A stretch of 64,000 bases of DNA from an uncultured Acidobacteriota bacterium (GTDB lineage: Bacteria > Acidobacteriota > Vicinamibacteria > Vicinamibacterales > UBA2999): positions 584,479 through 648,478 of the forward strand of contig CAVRPA010000008.1 in assembly GCA_963723005.1 (NCBI GenBank), given 5' to 3'. Made by a program: the position numbers and the translations under genes. The notes beneath the pieces were generated by a model. That model worked only from the letters and a program-made list of their open reading frames with translations, was not told the origin of the DNA and ran no database searches. Shown in pieces: positions 10,866-20,428 of this stretch; positions within the stretch are counted from its first letter, which is position 1, and each line of letters starts with the position of its first letter.

Positions 10866-13796
10866 TCACTGCACTTTCAGGCTCCAGATGCCCTGGCCGT
10901 GCGTGCCGGCGTAGAGGACGCCGCGCTCCGGGACGTAGACCAGATCCGCCACGGTGACGTTCGGCAGCCCCGCCGCCGTCGTGTGCCACACCGGCGAGTT
11001 CTTCTGTTTCTGCACCACGCCGAAGTCGTTGCCGACGTACAGCGTGCCCTTGGGGCTGACGATGATCGAGGTGGCGGGAATGTCGCCGAAGCCGTTGTTC
11101 CGCTGCCCATCGAGGTTGGTGAACGTGGCGCTGCCGCCACCGCCGGTCGGGGTGTAGCGGATCTCGAAGACGTGTCCCGGCGTGTCCGGGGTCTTCGCGT
11201 TGAAGCCGCTGTAGGTAATCCAGGCGTGGTTCGAGTCCTCGGGATCTACGAAGATGGACGTCGGGTAGCGAGGCGGATCGTTCGGCGCGAGGCTGTCGAG
11301 GCGAGTGAACTGCACTGAGGCCGGGTTGGCGGCATCGGCATTCGTCGAGATGAAGACGCGTCCGGTGCTGGTCGCCACCCATAGCGTCGAGGTGTCGGCC
11401 CGTCCGCGCTCCACCACCGACACCGAGCCACCGGCGCGGTCGCCGTACCCGGGGTCGGTCAGGCGGCCGGCCGCCCCGGATTGCCCAACGGCTGGAAGTC
11501 GTCGCAGATGTCGACGGTGGGCTGATAGACGCCGTTCTCGTCGATGTCGCCGTCACCCGTCCACACGTTGCAGTGTTCCAGCACGTTGTCGCGTGGGAAG
11601 GCGGGGTTCAGGCCGTAGTTCCTCGAGCGGAACACATGCTCGCGGCCGTGCCACATCCACCCCGGCTGGACCGGATCGGTGATCGCGTTGCCGATGAACG
11701 GCACCTGTTCGCCGCCGTAGAACACGAACATGGTGTCGGAGACCCACGTGATGTCGGTCTGGTTCTGCGGCGTGAAGCTCACCTCGAGCTGACCCTGCTG
11801 CCAGGCTGTCATGCGGAAGGCGGGGTTGCCGCCGAGCGCGTCGTAGGCATTGTGGCCGCCGTCGGCGATGTTGGTGTTCAGCCAGGTGGTGCCGCCGAGG
11901 GTTTCCCAGGACCCGTTGTCCTGAGTGCCCCCGGTAATGATGTCGGGGTTGGCCTTGTTGTATTCGACCTGGTAGAAGTGCAGCGTTCGCAGCCCGTTGT
12001 TGATGGCCTGCAGGCGCTCCGGGATGCGCGCGAGCACGAGCTGGCAGAACGCCAGCCGTGCGGCATTGGTGATGCCCTTGATGGTGGCGCAGTCGCCCGA
12101 GTCGTCCACGAAGACGCCGTTCGAGCGGATGATGCCGCCGTCCCCCACGTCGAAGAACTGGCGCCAGTTTCCGGGGTTCGTGACGATCGCGTGATGATCC
12201 GGATGCGCCTGCACCGGGTAGAAGTTGTCCGAGGCGTCCTCGGTCATGTCCGTGAAGTGCACGCCCGCGTTGGTGGAGAGCAGGATGCCGCGGCCGTTCG
12301 AGCGGCCCGTGACGTAGTTGTTCTCGTTGTACTCGTAGTCGCCGACCAGGTACACCGTATTGGCGTCGGCGCCTGGCGGCACGTAGACGTAGTTGTCGTA
12401 CGAGCACTGACCGTCGCAATAGCCGAAGCTCGAGTACCCGGCAGGGTCCGCCGCCACGTTGCTGCTGGTGAGGTCAATCCACGCCACCGCGGCGGCAGCC
12501 GGGCCTCGCACGGCATCGCTACGGCGGAAGCGAGCGTACTGGGCAACCGCGGGGGGGCCGAGCGAGGACGCCGCCTCCGACACCGACGTACATCCGCGTC
12601 TCATCGCCGAGCTGCACCACGTCGAACTCGGCCCGCTCGGTGGTGCCGACGGGACCAACCGGCGCCATGATCTGTTCCCAGTTGTCGCCGAGGTCGCGCG
12701 ACCGCCAGATACCGCGCGCAAAGAAGGAGACGTAGACGGTGTTCGCATCCACCGGGTCGAACATGACGCGCCGCGCCCCGCGTGGGCCACACGGGGTCTG
12801 ATTGAGTGCCACCTGATCGGGCGTCGACGCGGTGCACAGCGCCAGGGCGCCCTGGTTGACCAGTTCCCAGCTGCCGCCGCCGTTCAGCGAGCGATACAGG
12901 CCGAAATGCGGCGCGCCCGGGATCAGGGCATCCACGCCGCCGCAGCAGGTGTTCGACACGCCCAGCACGCCGCGGCCAGACGCCGCGAAGATCACCTGAG
13001 AATTGCCCGGCTGCACTGCGATGGAGCCCACGGCGCGGCCGGCGAACTGCGCGGTGCCATAGGGGCCCTGCCACGATCTCCCGCCATTGGTGCTCTTGTA
13101 GAGCCCGACGCCCGCGGTGCAGCCGCTGCCGCAGGCATTCGGCTCGCCGGTGCCGGCCCACAGGGTGTTCGAGCCTGGATCGTTCGGGTCGAGCGTCAGC
13201 TCGGCGACGTTGTTGTGCTCGAAGGTGTGAGACTGGAACTCCCACGCCGGTTCCGGCGCCAGCGCATCGCTGGTCATCCAGACGCCGCCGTTGGCGTTGG
13301 CGAGCCACAGGCGGCAGTCGCCCGACACGCAGGCCGGATCGATCGCGGCGGCGATGGTGCGGCCGCTGAAGTTCTCGGTCCCGGCGTTGTAGACGGACCG
13401 GTCCCGGTAGGGGTTCTCCGCCGACAGCCCGTTCACCGGTCCCTGGGCTGTCCAGGCGCCGCCGCCGACCGCGGGCCGTGCCTTCAGCCCGCGCCAGTCG
13501 TTCCGTGCACCGGCGAAGGCCGCGAACGGAATGTCGAGGCCCGGGGTCGAGTGCTCGATCCAGTCCTGCACGCCCGGGCCGCCGGCGCGTTCCTCGTACA
13601 GACTGGCCGCGCCTGGCGAAAAGGTGGCCATCGCGGCGAACTTCCTCGCGAGGCCGACGGGCAGCTTCTTCAGCCGACCCTGTGACTCAATCGCCGCATC
13701 GGCGGGAGCCGCCGGGACAGCCCGATCGAGGGCAAGTGGGGAAACCAGTGCCGTCAGCGCGACGGCGAAAGCGCCAACGTAGAGCCGCTTCTGCAT
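10866..13796 (-). pseudogene. large secreted BNR/Asp-box (sortilin/VPS10-like beta-propeller) protein split into three frames
   Basis: Signal peptide MQKRLYVGAFAVALTALVS with an [11 protein letters not shown]. Asp-box variants 'KSTNGGRSWQ', 'RSLNGGGSWE' and 'LSTNAGVHFT'. ORFs 12519..13796, 11459..12790 and 10866..11423 join colinearly, with frame changes at about 12550 (G7 run) and about 11460. Confidence 0.6.
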
Positions 13797-13915
13797 GCGT
13801 TCTCTCCTTCAGGCGGGGGCATTGTGATGACGGAAAGGAGAGGTTTATACCTTTCCGCAAGGAGAGGTCAACTGCGAAGGTTGTGATCGCGAGGCCGAGG
13901 CCGCGCGGCGCCCCT

Positions 13916-15109
13916 TCAGCGCGCCACGCCAGCGGCGCGGAGCTGCTCCACTTCATCCGGACTGTAGCCGGCGGCCTGCAGCACATCGTCGGTGTGCTCG
14001 CCCAGCATGGGCGCGCGGCGTCGCGGGTCGAGGGGGGTGGCTGACAGCTTGAGCGGCGTTCCAATCATGCGGGTGTCGCCCATGATCGGATGCGGCACCG
14101 TGACGGACATCTCGCGCGCCTCGGCCTGCGGGTGCGCGAACGCCTCGGCGTAATCGAGGATCGGCCCGCACGGGACGCCAGCCGTTTCCAGATGACCTAG
14201 CCACGTGTCCCGCGACGCCGTGCAGGTGACCGCTTCGATGAGTGCCGACAGGATGTCGCGATTCGCGACACGCGTGCTGGCCGTGACGAACCGCTCATCC
14301 GCCGTCCATTCGGGGTGGCCGAGCGTCGCCGCAAACCTGGCGAACGTGCGATCGTTGGCGGCCCCGACGTTGATGAATCCGTCGGCGCAGCGGAAGGCCT
14401 GATACGGCGCCACCATCCGGTGCGCGGAGCCGAGCCGCGCCGGGATGCCGCGCCCGGAGAAGTATTCGGTCGCTTCCCACACCGACAGGGCCAGCCCGGC
14501 TTCGAACAACGAGGTGTCGATGTGCTGACCCCGGCCGGATGACGTGCGCCAGTGGAGCGCGGCGAGGATGCCGCTGAGCGCGAACAGCCCCGCACCGAGA
14601 TCGGTGATGGGGATGCCGGCCTTCATCGGCGGGCCGTCGGCCTCTCCGGTCACCGACATGATGCCCGACATACCCTGCGCCACGAGGTCGAAGCCACCCT
14701 TCGAGGCTTCGGGCCCGGTCTGGCCGAAGCCCGAGATCGAGGCGTAGATCAGCCGCGGGTTCTCGAGCGCGAGTCGCGGGTAATCGAGGCCCAGCCGCGC
14801 CATCACGCCGGGCCTGAAGTTCTCGATGAGGATGTCGGCGGATCGCGCCAGCCGGGTGAAGACATCGCGGCCCGTCGGCTGCGAGAGGTCGAGGACCATC
14901 CCGAGCTTGCCACGATTGACCGCTCCGAAGGCGGCGCTGTCGCCGCCGCGGGCGCCGGCCATCGCGCGGGTGGAATCGCCGTCGGGCGGCTCCACTTTGA
15001 TGACCCGCGCGCCCATGTCGGACAGTAACATCGCGCAGTAGGGCCCGGCCATCACCTGGGTCGCATCGAGAACGACTATGCCGTCGAGCAACGTAGCCTG
15101 GGACATCAT
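13916..15109 (-). CDS. family III CoA-transferase (CaiB/BaiF)
   Basis: 'LLDGIVVLDATQVMAGPYCAMLLSDMGARVIKVEPP' is a typical N-terminus, and the conserved Asp region is 'GGFDLVAQGMSG'. The start is uncertain (15091-15109). Confidence 0.85.
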   Translation of the reverse strand: MMSQATLLDGIVVLDATQVMAGPYCAMLLSDMGARVIKVEPPDGDSTRAMAGARGGDSAAFGAVNRGKLGMVLDLSQPTGRDVFTRLARSADILIENFRPGVMARLGLDYPRLALENPRLIYASISGFGQTGPEASKGGFDLVAQGMSGIMSVTGEADGPPMKAGIPITDLGAGLFALSGILAALHWRTSSGRGQHIDTSLFEAGLALSVWEATEYFSGRGIPARLGSAHRMVAPYQAFRCADGFINVGAANDRTFARFAATLGHPEWTADERFVTASTRVANRDILSALIEAVTCTASRDTWLGHLETAGVPCGPILDYAEAFAHPQAEAREMSVTVPHPIMGDTRMIGTPLKLSATPLDPRRRAPMLGEHTDDVLQAAGYSPDEVEQLRAAGVAR

Positions 15110-15854
15110 CGATTCGGTTGGGATCCTGACCTTCACCCGTCCTCACGCGCGCAACGCGCTCACGTGGGACATGTACGAAGCGCTCGATCGCGCCTGCGCC
15201 GAGGCCGGCACCAGCGCCGGTCTGCGTGCGCTCATCATACGCGGCTCGGGCGGCTCGTTCGCGGCCGGCACCGACATCGCCCAGTTCGCCGGCTTCGCCT
15301 CGGGTGCGGACGGCGTGGCCTACGAGCGACGGCTCGACCGGATGATCGACACGCTCGAGCGGGTGAGAGTGCCGACCATCGCCGAGGTGGACGGCGTGGC
15401 GGCGGGCGGCGGCTGCCTGATCGCGCTCGCCTGCGACATTCGCGTCTGTTCGCCGCGGGCGAAGTTCGGCATCCCGGTGGCGCGCACGCTCGGCAACTGC
15501 CTGTCGATGGCCAACACCGTCCGCCTGCTGGACCTCGTCGGCCCGGCGCGCTTGCGCGACCTGATGCTGACCGGCCGGCTGGTGGACGCTACGGAGGCGC
15601 TCGCGCTTGGCTTCGCGACGCGCATCGTCGATGGGGACGCGCTGTCCACGCACGTCAGCGCGCTGGCGGCCGAACTGGCGTCGCGGGCGCCCAGCACCGT
15701 CATCGCCACCAAGGCCATGCTGGCGCGGCTGCGCGAGTTCCGCACCCCGCCCGAGGGATCCGCCGACGACATCATCGCCGCGTGTTACGGCAGCGACGAC
15801 TTCCGCGAGGGCGTGGCCGCGTTCAACGAGGGCCGCCCGCCAAAGTGGCGGTAG
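15078..15854 (+). CDS. enoyl-CoA hydratase/isomerase (crotonase) family protein
   Basis: 'ILTFTRPHARNALT', 'GSGGSFAAGTDI' and 'AEVDGVAAGGGCLIALACD' oxyanion-hole motifs. Confidence 0.85.
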   Translation: MPSSNVAWDIIDSVGILTFTRPHARNALTWDMYEALDRACAEAGTSAGLRALIIRGSGGSFAAGTDIAQFAGFASGADGVAYERRLDRMIDTLERVRVPTIAEVDGVAAGGGCLIALACDIRVCSPRAKFGIPVARTLGNCLSMANTVRLLDLVGPARLRDLMLTGRLVDATEALALGFATRIVDGDALSTHVSALAAELASRAPSTVIATKAMLARLREFRTPPEGSADDIIAACYGSDDFREGVAAFNEGRPPKWR

Positions 15855-15906
15855 GCGGATAGCGTCGGGAGGCGGGAGTCGGGAGTCGAGCGCCCAAGCC
15901 TCAAGC
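15855..15906. repeat. seven phased heptads (GAGGCGG/GAGTCGG/GAGTCGA ... AGCCTCA) filling a convergent spacer
   Basis: Read directly between the crotonase stop (15852-15854) and the transporter stop (15907-15909). Confidence 0.55.
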
Positions 15907-17148
15907 CTAAAACATCACCCAGCAGATCAGCGCCCCGATAACCGTCATCGACAGGCCCCACGCCAGCAGCTGATTGAACAGCTTGCGCGGGTCGGCGCCG
16001 GCAGGCAGCGCCGCGATGCAGAGCGCGCCGATCGTCGAGAGCGGGGAAAGGTCCACGAGATGGCCGCCCACCATCATGGCGGAGGCGATGCCCAGCGGAT
16101 CGCCGCCGCCCAGCCGCTCCACCAGGCCGGGGATGGTCGGCAGGAACGCAGGCAGCACCACTCCCGACGTGCTGCTGTACACCGACACCACTCCGGTCAC
16201 CAGGGCGACGATGCCGGTGACCGTGGACGGCGTCGAGATGCGCGCGAGCAGATCGGAGAAGAGCGCCATTCCCTGGGTCTTCTCCAGCACGCCGATCAGC
16301 ACCGTCACGCCGCACACCATCAGCACGACGCCCCACGGCATCTTGCGGATCGCCTCCTTCTCGTCCGCGGCGCCGGCCAGCGACAGCACCGCGGCTCCGG
16401 TGAGCGCCGCCATGCCGACCTGCAGATCCCAGCCGATCACGCCGGCGACGAGCGCGACGAGAATGCCGAGCGTCAGGAAATGCACGGGCGAGAACGGCTC
16501 CAGCCGCACCGCCTGGGTCTCGGCGATTTCCTTCGAGCCTTTGCGGAACAGCGCCGCGCCGCCGAAGATCAGGTAGGCGACGAGCGTGACCGCGGTGTGC
16601 GCCATCAGGTTGTTGGTGTAGGTGGCGAACTCGACGCCGTGCAGGCCGATGCGGTCCATGATGCCGTTGACGATCACGCCGGTGGGCGCGAACGGCGACA
16701 GGGCGCCGGCCTGAGCGCCGTTGCCCACCATCAGCGCCATCAGGAACGGAGGAACCGCGGCTTGCGCGCCCACCGCCATCGCCATCGGCGCCAGGATCGC
16801 CGTGGTCGAGATGTTGCCGGGGCCGATGCTCGAGAGCAGCACCGCCACCCCGAAGAACATCACCGGGATCAGGCCGGCGTTGCCGCGACAGACGTGGACC
16901 GCGCGCGCCGCCAGTCGTTCGAGCGTGCCATTGGCGGAGGCCATGCCGAAGAGCAGCGTCACGCCGGCCAGCGTCAGGAACAACTGCACCGGGAAGGTGC
17001 CGATCACCGTGTTGAGCGGCATGCCGCCGAGGTACACGCCGACAATCCACGCCAGAGCGAGCGACACCACGCCCACGTTGACCTTCGTCAGCATGCTCAG
17101 CGTGACGGCGGCGGCGAGCGCGATGAGAGAGATCCACGCAAGACTCAT
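15907..17148 (-). CDS. MatC-like dicarboxylate carrier (ion-transporter superfamily permease)
   Basis: 413 aa polytopic protein. 'FPVQLFLTLAGVTLLFGMASANGTLERL...RGNAGLIPVMFF' resembles the MatC N-terminal domain as I recall it. Family call from memory only. Confidence 0.6.
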   Translation of the reverse strand: MSLAWISLIALAAAVTLSMLTKVNVGVVSLALAWIVGVYLGGMPLNTVIGTFPVQLFLTLAGVTLLFGMASANGTLERLAARAVHVCRGNAGLIPVMFFGVAVLLSSIGPGNISTTAILAPMAMAVGAQAAVPPFLMALMVGNGAQAGALSPFAPTGVIVNGIMDRIGLHGVEFATYTNNLMAHTAVTLVAYLIFGGAALFRKGSKEIAETQAVRLEPFSPVHFLTLGILVALVAGVIGWDLQVGMAALTGAAVLSLAGAADEKEAIRKMPWGVVLMVCGVTVLIGVLEKTQGMALFSDLLARISTPSTVTGIVALVTGVVSVYSSTSGVVLPAFLPTIPGLVERLGGGDPLGIASAMMVGGHLVDLSPLSTIGALCIAALPAGADPRKLFNQLLAWGLSMTVIGALICWVMF

Positions 17149-17151
17149 GCT

Positions 17152-20035
17152 CTAGGGCTCCTCGAGGAGAGATCGGATCAGGACGGCGGGATGCGTGGCC
17201 TGCACGCCGGTGAAGTGGGCCACCTGGTGGCGGCACGAAGTGCCCGCCGCGGCCAGCACCCCGCCGGCCGGCAGGGCGCGCGCCGCCGGCAGCAGCTTCC
17301 GCTCGCCGATGGCCTGCGACACGCCGTAGTGATCGCAGGAGTAGCCGAACGAGCCGGCCATGCCGCAGCAGCCGGCATCGAGATCGGTGACCGTGGCGCC
17401 CGGGATGCGCCGGAGCAGCGCCGCGGCCGAGGCGCCGAGGCCCATCGACCGCTGGTGACAGTGCACGTGCAGCAGCACGTCGGACGGCCCGCCGGCCAGA
17501 GGCAGCGTCGCTCGCCCCGCGCCGACTTCGCGCTCCAGGTACTCCTCGAACAGGACGGATTGCCTGGCGACGACCTGGGCCTTCTCGCGCAGCGATCCCG
17601 CCAGGAGATCGGGGGCGTCCTCCCTGATGGCCGAGAGGCAGCTGGGCTCCACGAACACGATCGCCTGACCTTGCGACGCGCGGGGAAACAACGCCGCGAC
17701 GTTGCGGGCCGCCAGGTCGCGGGCGTCACCTAACAGGCCCTGCGAGATGAGTGGCCGTCCGCAGCACACGTGCGGCGCCAGCGCCGCGCCGATCCCGGCG
17801 CGGTCGAGCACCTCGAACGCGGCGACGCCAATCTCCGGCTCGACGTGCGAGGTGAACGTATCGGCGAACAGCACGGCGCGAGGCTCCGGCGTGCGCGCCC
17901 GCACGCCATTCAGTTGCGCACGCAAGGTGCGCCGGGCCCACTGCGGCGGCAGCCGGCGTCGGTCGATGCCCAGCATCGATTCGCCCAACCGCCGTCCCAG
18001 AGTGCTCGCCGAGATCGCGTTCACGATCGGGGCGAAGGCGCTGCCCCAACCAGCCAGCTCGTTGATGCGGCCGAAAGCCTGCACTTTGAGCGGCATCGCA
18101 TGGCGTTGCCAGTAGCCGGCCAGGAACTCGCTCTTGTAGCGGCCCACGTCCACGCCCACCGGGCACTCGCTCTTGCAGGCGCGGCACTCGAGACACAGGT
18201 CGAGTACCGCGTGGACGCCCTGATCGTCGAGCCCCGCCTCCGCCAGCCGTCCGCTGGTGGCCAGCCGCAGCACGTTGGCCCGGCCGCGAGTGGAGTGCGC
18301 CTCCTCGCGGGTGACCATGAACGACGGGCACATCGTGCCGTCGCGCGTTTTGCGGCACGCGCCGACGCCGCTGCACATCTCGACCGCGCGGCCGAAGCCG
18401 CCGAACGACGCGTAGTCGAAGAAGGTGGCCGGGTTGGGCGTCTGGTAGCCGGCGCCGTAGCGCAGGTGCGAGGTGATCGGCGGCGTGTCAACGATGCGCC
18501 CGGGGTTGAAGAGCCCCTGAGGATCGAAGGTCCGCTTCACGGTGCGGAACGCCTGGTATAGCTCTGTCCCGAACATCTGCTCGTTGAAGGCGCCGCGGAC
18601 CAGGCCGTCGCCGTGCTCGCCGGAGAGCGAGCCGCCGTATTCGAGGACCAGCTCCGCGACTTCCCGGGCGATCGACTCGAACCGGGCCACACCGTCGGCG
18701 GTCTTCAGGTCGATGACTGGCCGCACGTGGAGACAGCCGACCGAAGCATGGGCGTAGATGCCGGCGGCGGTCTGGTGGCGCTCGAGGACGCGGAGAAACC
18801 GTGCGATGTAGGCGCGCAGGTGCTCGGGCGCGACGGCGGTGTCCTCGACGAACGACACCGCCTTGCCGTCGCCCTTCATCGCCATCGACAGCCCGAGCGC
18901 GGCCTCGCGCAGGCTCCACACCTTCGCCTGAGCGCCGGCGTCGGTCAACGCGCGCGTGCGGCACGCGACGCCGCTCGCTCGCAGGTCGTGCTCGAGCGCC
19001 TCGAGCCGCGCCGGCAGCTCGTCGGCCTGATCGGCATAGAACTCGATGCAGAGCAGCGCCGAGCCGTCGCGCTGCACGATGGTCCGGCGGAGCGCGTCGA
19101 GGCCGGCGTTGTCGCGCGTGTGCCGCAGGATGAAGTCGTCCATCACCTCCACGGCGGCGGGACCGTGCCGGAGCACCAGCGGCGTTGCGCCGAGCGCGTC
19201 CAGCAAGTCGTCGAACTCCGCCGTCAGCAGCGCCTTTGCCCTGGGCAGCGGCACCAGACCCACCGTGGCTTCGATCACGAAGCCCAGGGTGCCTTCCGAG
19301 CCGACGATGATGCGCGAGAGATCCACGGGTTGCGCAGGATCGACGAAGGCGTCGAGGTTGTAGCCGCCGACGCGTCGCAGGAGCTTGGGGAAGCGACGCT
19401 CGATCTCACTCGCGTGGGCCTGCGCCAGCGAGGGGATCGCCCGGTACGCATCACCCTCGATGCCCTGTGCGGCGCAGGCGATGGCCAGATCTGCCGCGCT
19501 CAACGGACGGAGATGCGCCACACGGGCATCGGCCAGCACCACCTGCAGATCGCGAACGTGATCGATGGTCTTACCGTAGACGACCGAGCGGGCGCCGCTC
19601 GAGTTGTTCGCGATCATCCCGCCGACGGTGGCGCGGCTGGACGACGACACGTCCGGCGCGAAGCGGAGGTGATGTGGCTTGAGCGCGGCGTTCAGGTCGT
19701 CGAGCACCACGCCGGGCTGCTACCCGAGCCGTGCGCGCCTCCGGATCGATCGCGAGGACGCGGTTGAGGTACTTCGAGGTGTCGAGCACCAGTCCGGCGC
19801 CAATCGCCTGGCCGGCCTGCGAGGTGCCGCCCCCGCGCGGCGTCAGCGAAACGCCGTGACGGGCCGCCATCGCCACCGTCCGCACGACGTCGTCTGGGGA
19901 GCGCGGGACGATGACCCCGCGCGGCTCGATCTGATAGACGCTGGCGTCGGTCGCATACAGCGCGCGTGACGCGGCATCGAAGCGGACCTCGCCGTCGAGC
20001 ACGGCGCGGAGGTCGCGTTGCAGGAGATCGCTCAC
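17152..20035 (-). pseudogene. fused FAD-binding (GlcD/D-lactate dehydrogenase-like) and Fe-S (GlcF-like, CCG domain) oxidase with one frame disruption near 19720
   Basis: N-terminal ORF 19571..20035 (FAD PCMH domain, 'PRGGGTSQAGQ') and ORF 17152..19710 are colinear. The latter carries 'LCLECRACKSECP' 4Fe-4S and C-terminal 'CCG' motifs. Removing one base from GGGTAGCAG gives ...ARVQPGVVLDDLNAAL. Confidence 0.8.
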
Positions 20036-20107
20036 GCGGCGAGCGACCCCGACTGCGCGCTCGCGACGAATCCGATTCGCGGCTGGTCCATGAGCGGACC
20101 GATTGTA

Positions 20108-20142
20108 TTCCGCCTTCGGCCTTTTGCCTTGCGCCTTTCGCC
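20108..20142. repeat. five phased heptads TTnnGCC (TTCCGCC TTCGGCC TTTTGCC TTGCGCC TTTCGCC)
   Basis: Read directly in the spacer between the selenoprotein gene and the FAD/Fe-S oxidase gene. The same unit type closes the array at 20534-20561. Confidence 0.6.
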
Positions 20143-20176
20143 GAGTGGTGTCGCGCCCCTGAATCTGTCGGATGAC

Positions 20177-20407
20177 TCAGGAGGCCAGCGCGGCTCGTAC
20201 CGCCTGCACGACCTGGTCTTCCGCGGGGAAACCGGTCTTGCTTTTCTGCGCGACCACGTGATCGCCCACGCGGACGGAGAACTCGCCGCGGGCGCCTTCG
20301 ACCACGGCCGGATCGACACCCGTCGCTGCCTTGATGAGCGCGGCCACACGGGTCGCGCGCGGAAGGTAGTTTCAGACGCGGCAGTAACGGATTTCGATCT
20401 GGGGCAT
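20177..20407 (-). CDS. SelW/Rdx-family selenoprotein (CxxU), 76 residues with in-frame UGA at 20374..20372
   Basis: Minus-strand translation: MPQIEIRYCRV-U-NYLPRATRVAALIKAATGVDPAVVEGARGEFSVRVGDHVVAQKSKTGFPAEDQVVQAVRAALAS. The total is 231 nt, a multiple of 3. GAGG lies 4 nt upstream of the ATG. The Rdx-family pattern IxYCxxU...RA...L......GxFxVxV....K.TGxFP is present. Confidence 0.75.
20338..20360 (-). promoter_or_regulatory. putative bacterial SECIS hairpin
   Basis: RNA GCGCGCGACC-CGUGU-GGCCGCGC begins 11-12 nt after the UGA. GC-rich stem with two bulges and a G/U-containing apical loop. Folded by eye only. Confidence 0.4.
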
Positions 20408-20428
20408 AGGGCCTCGGGGGGGAAGACT

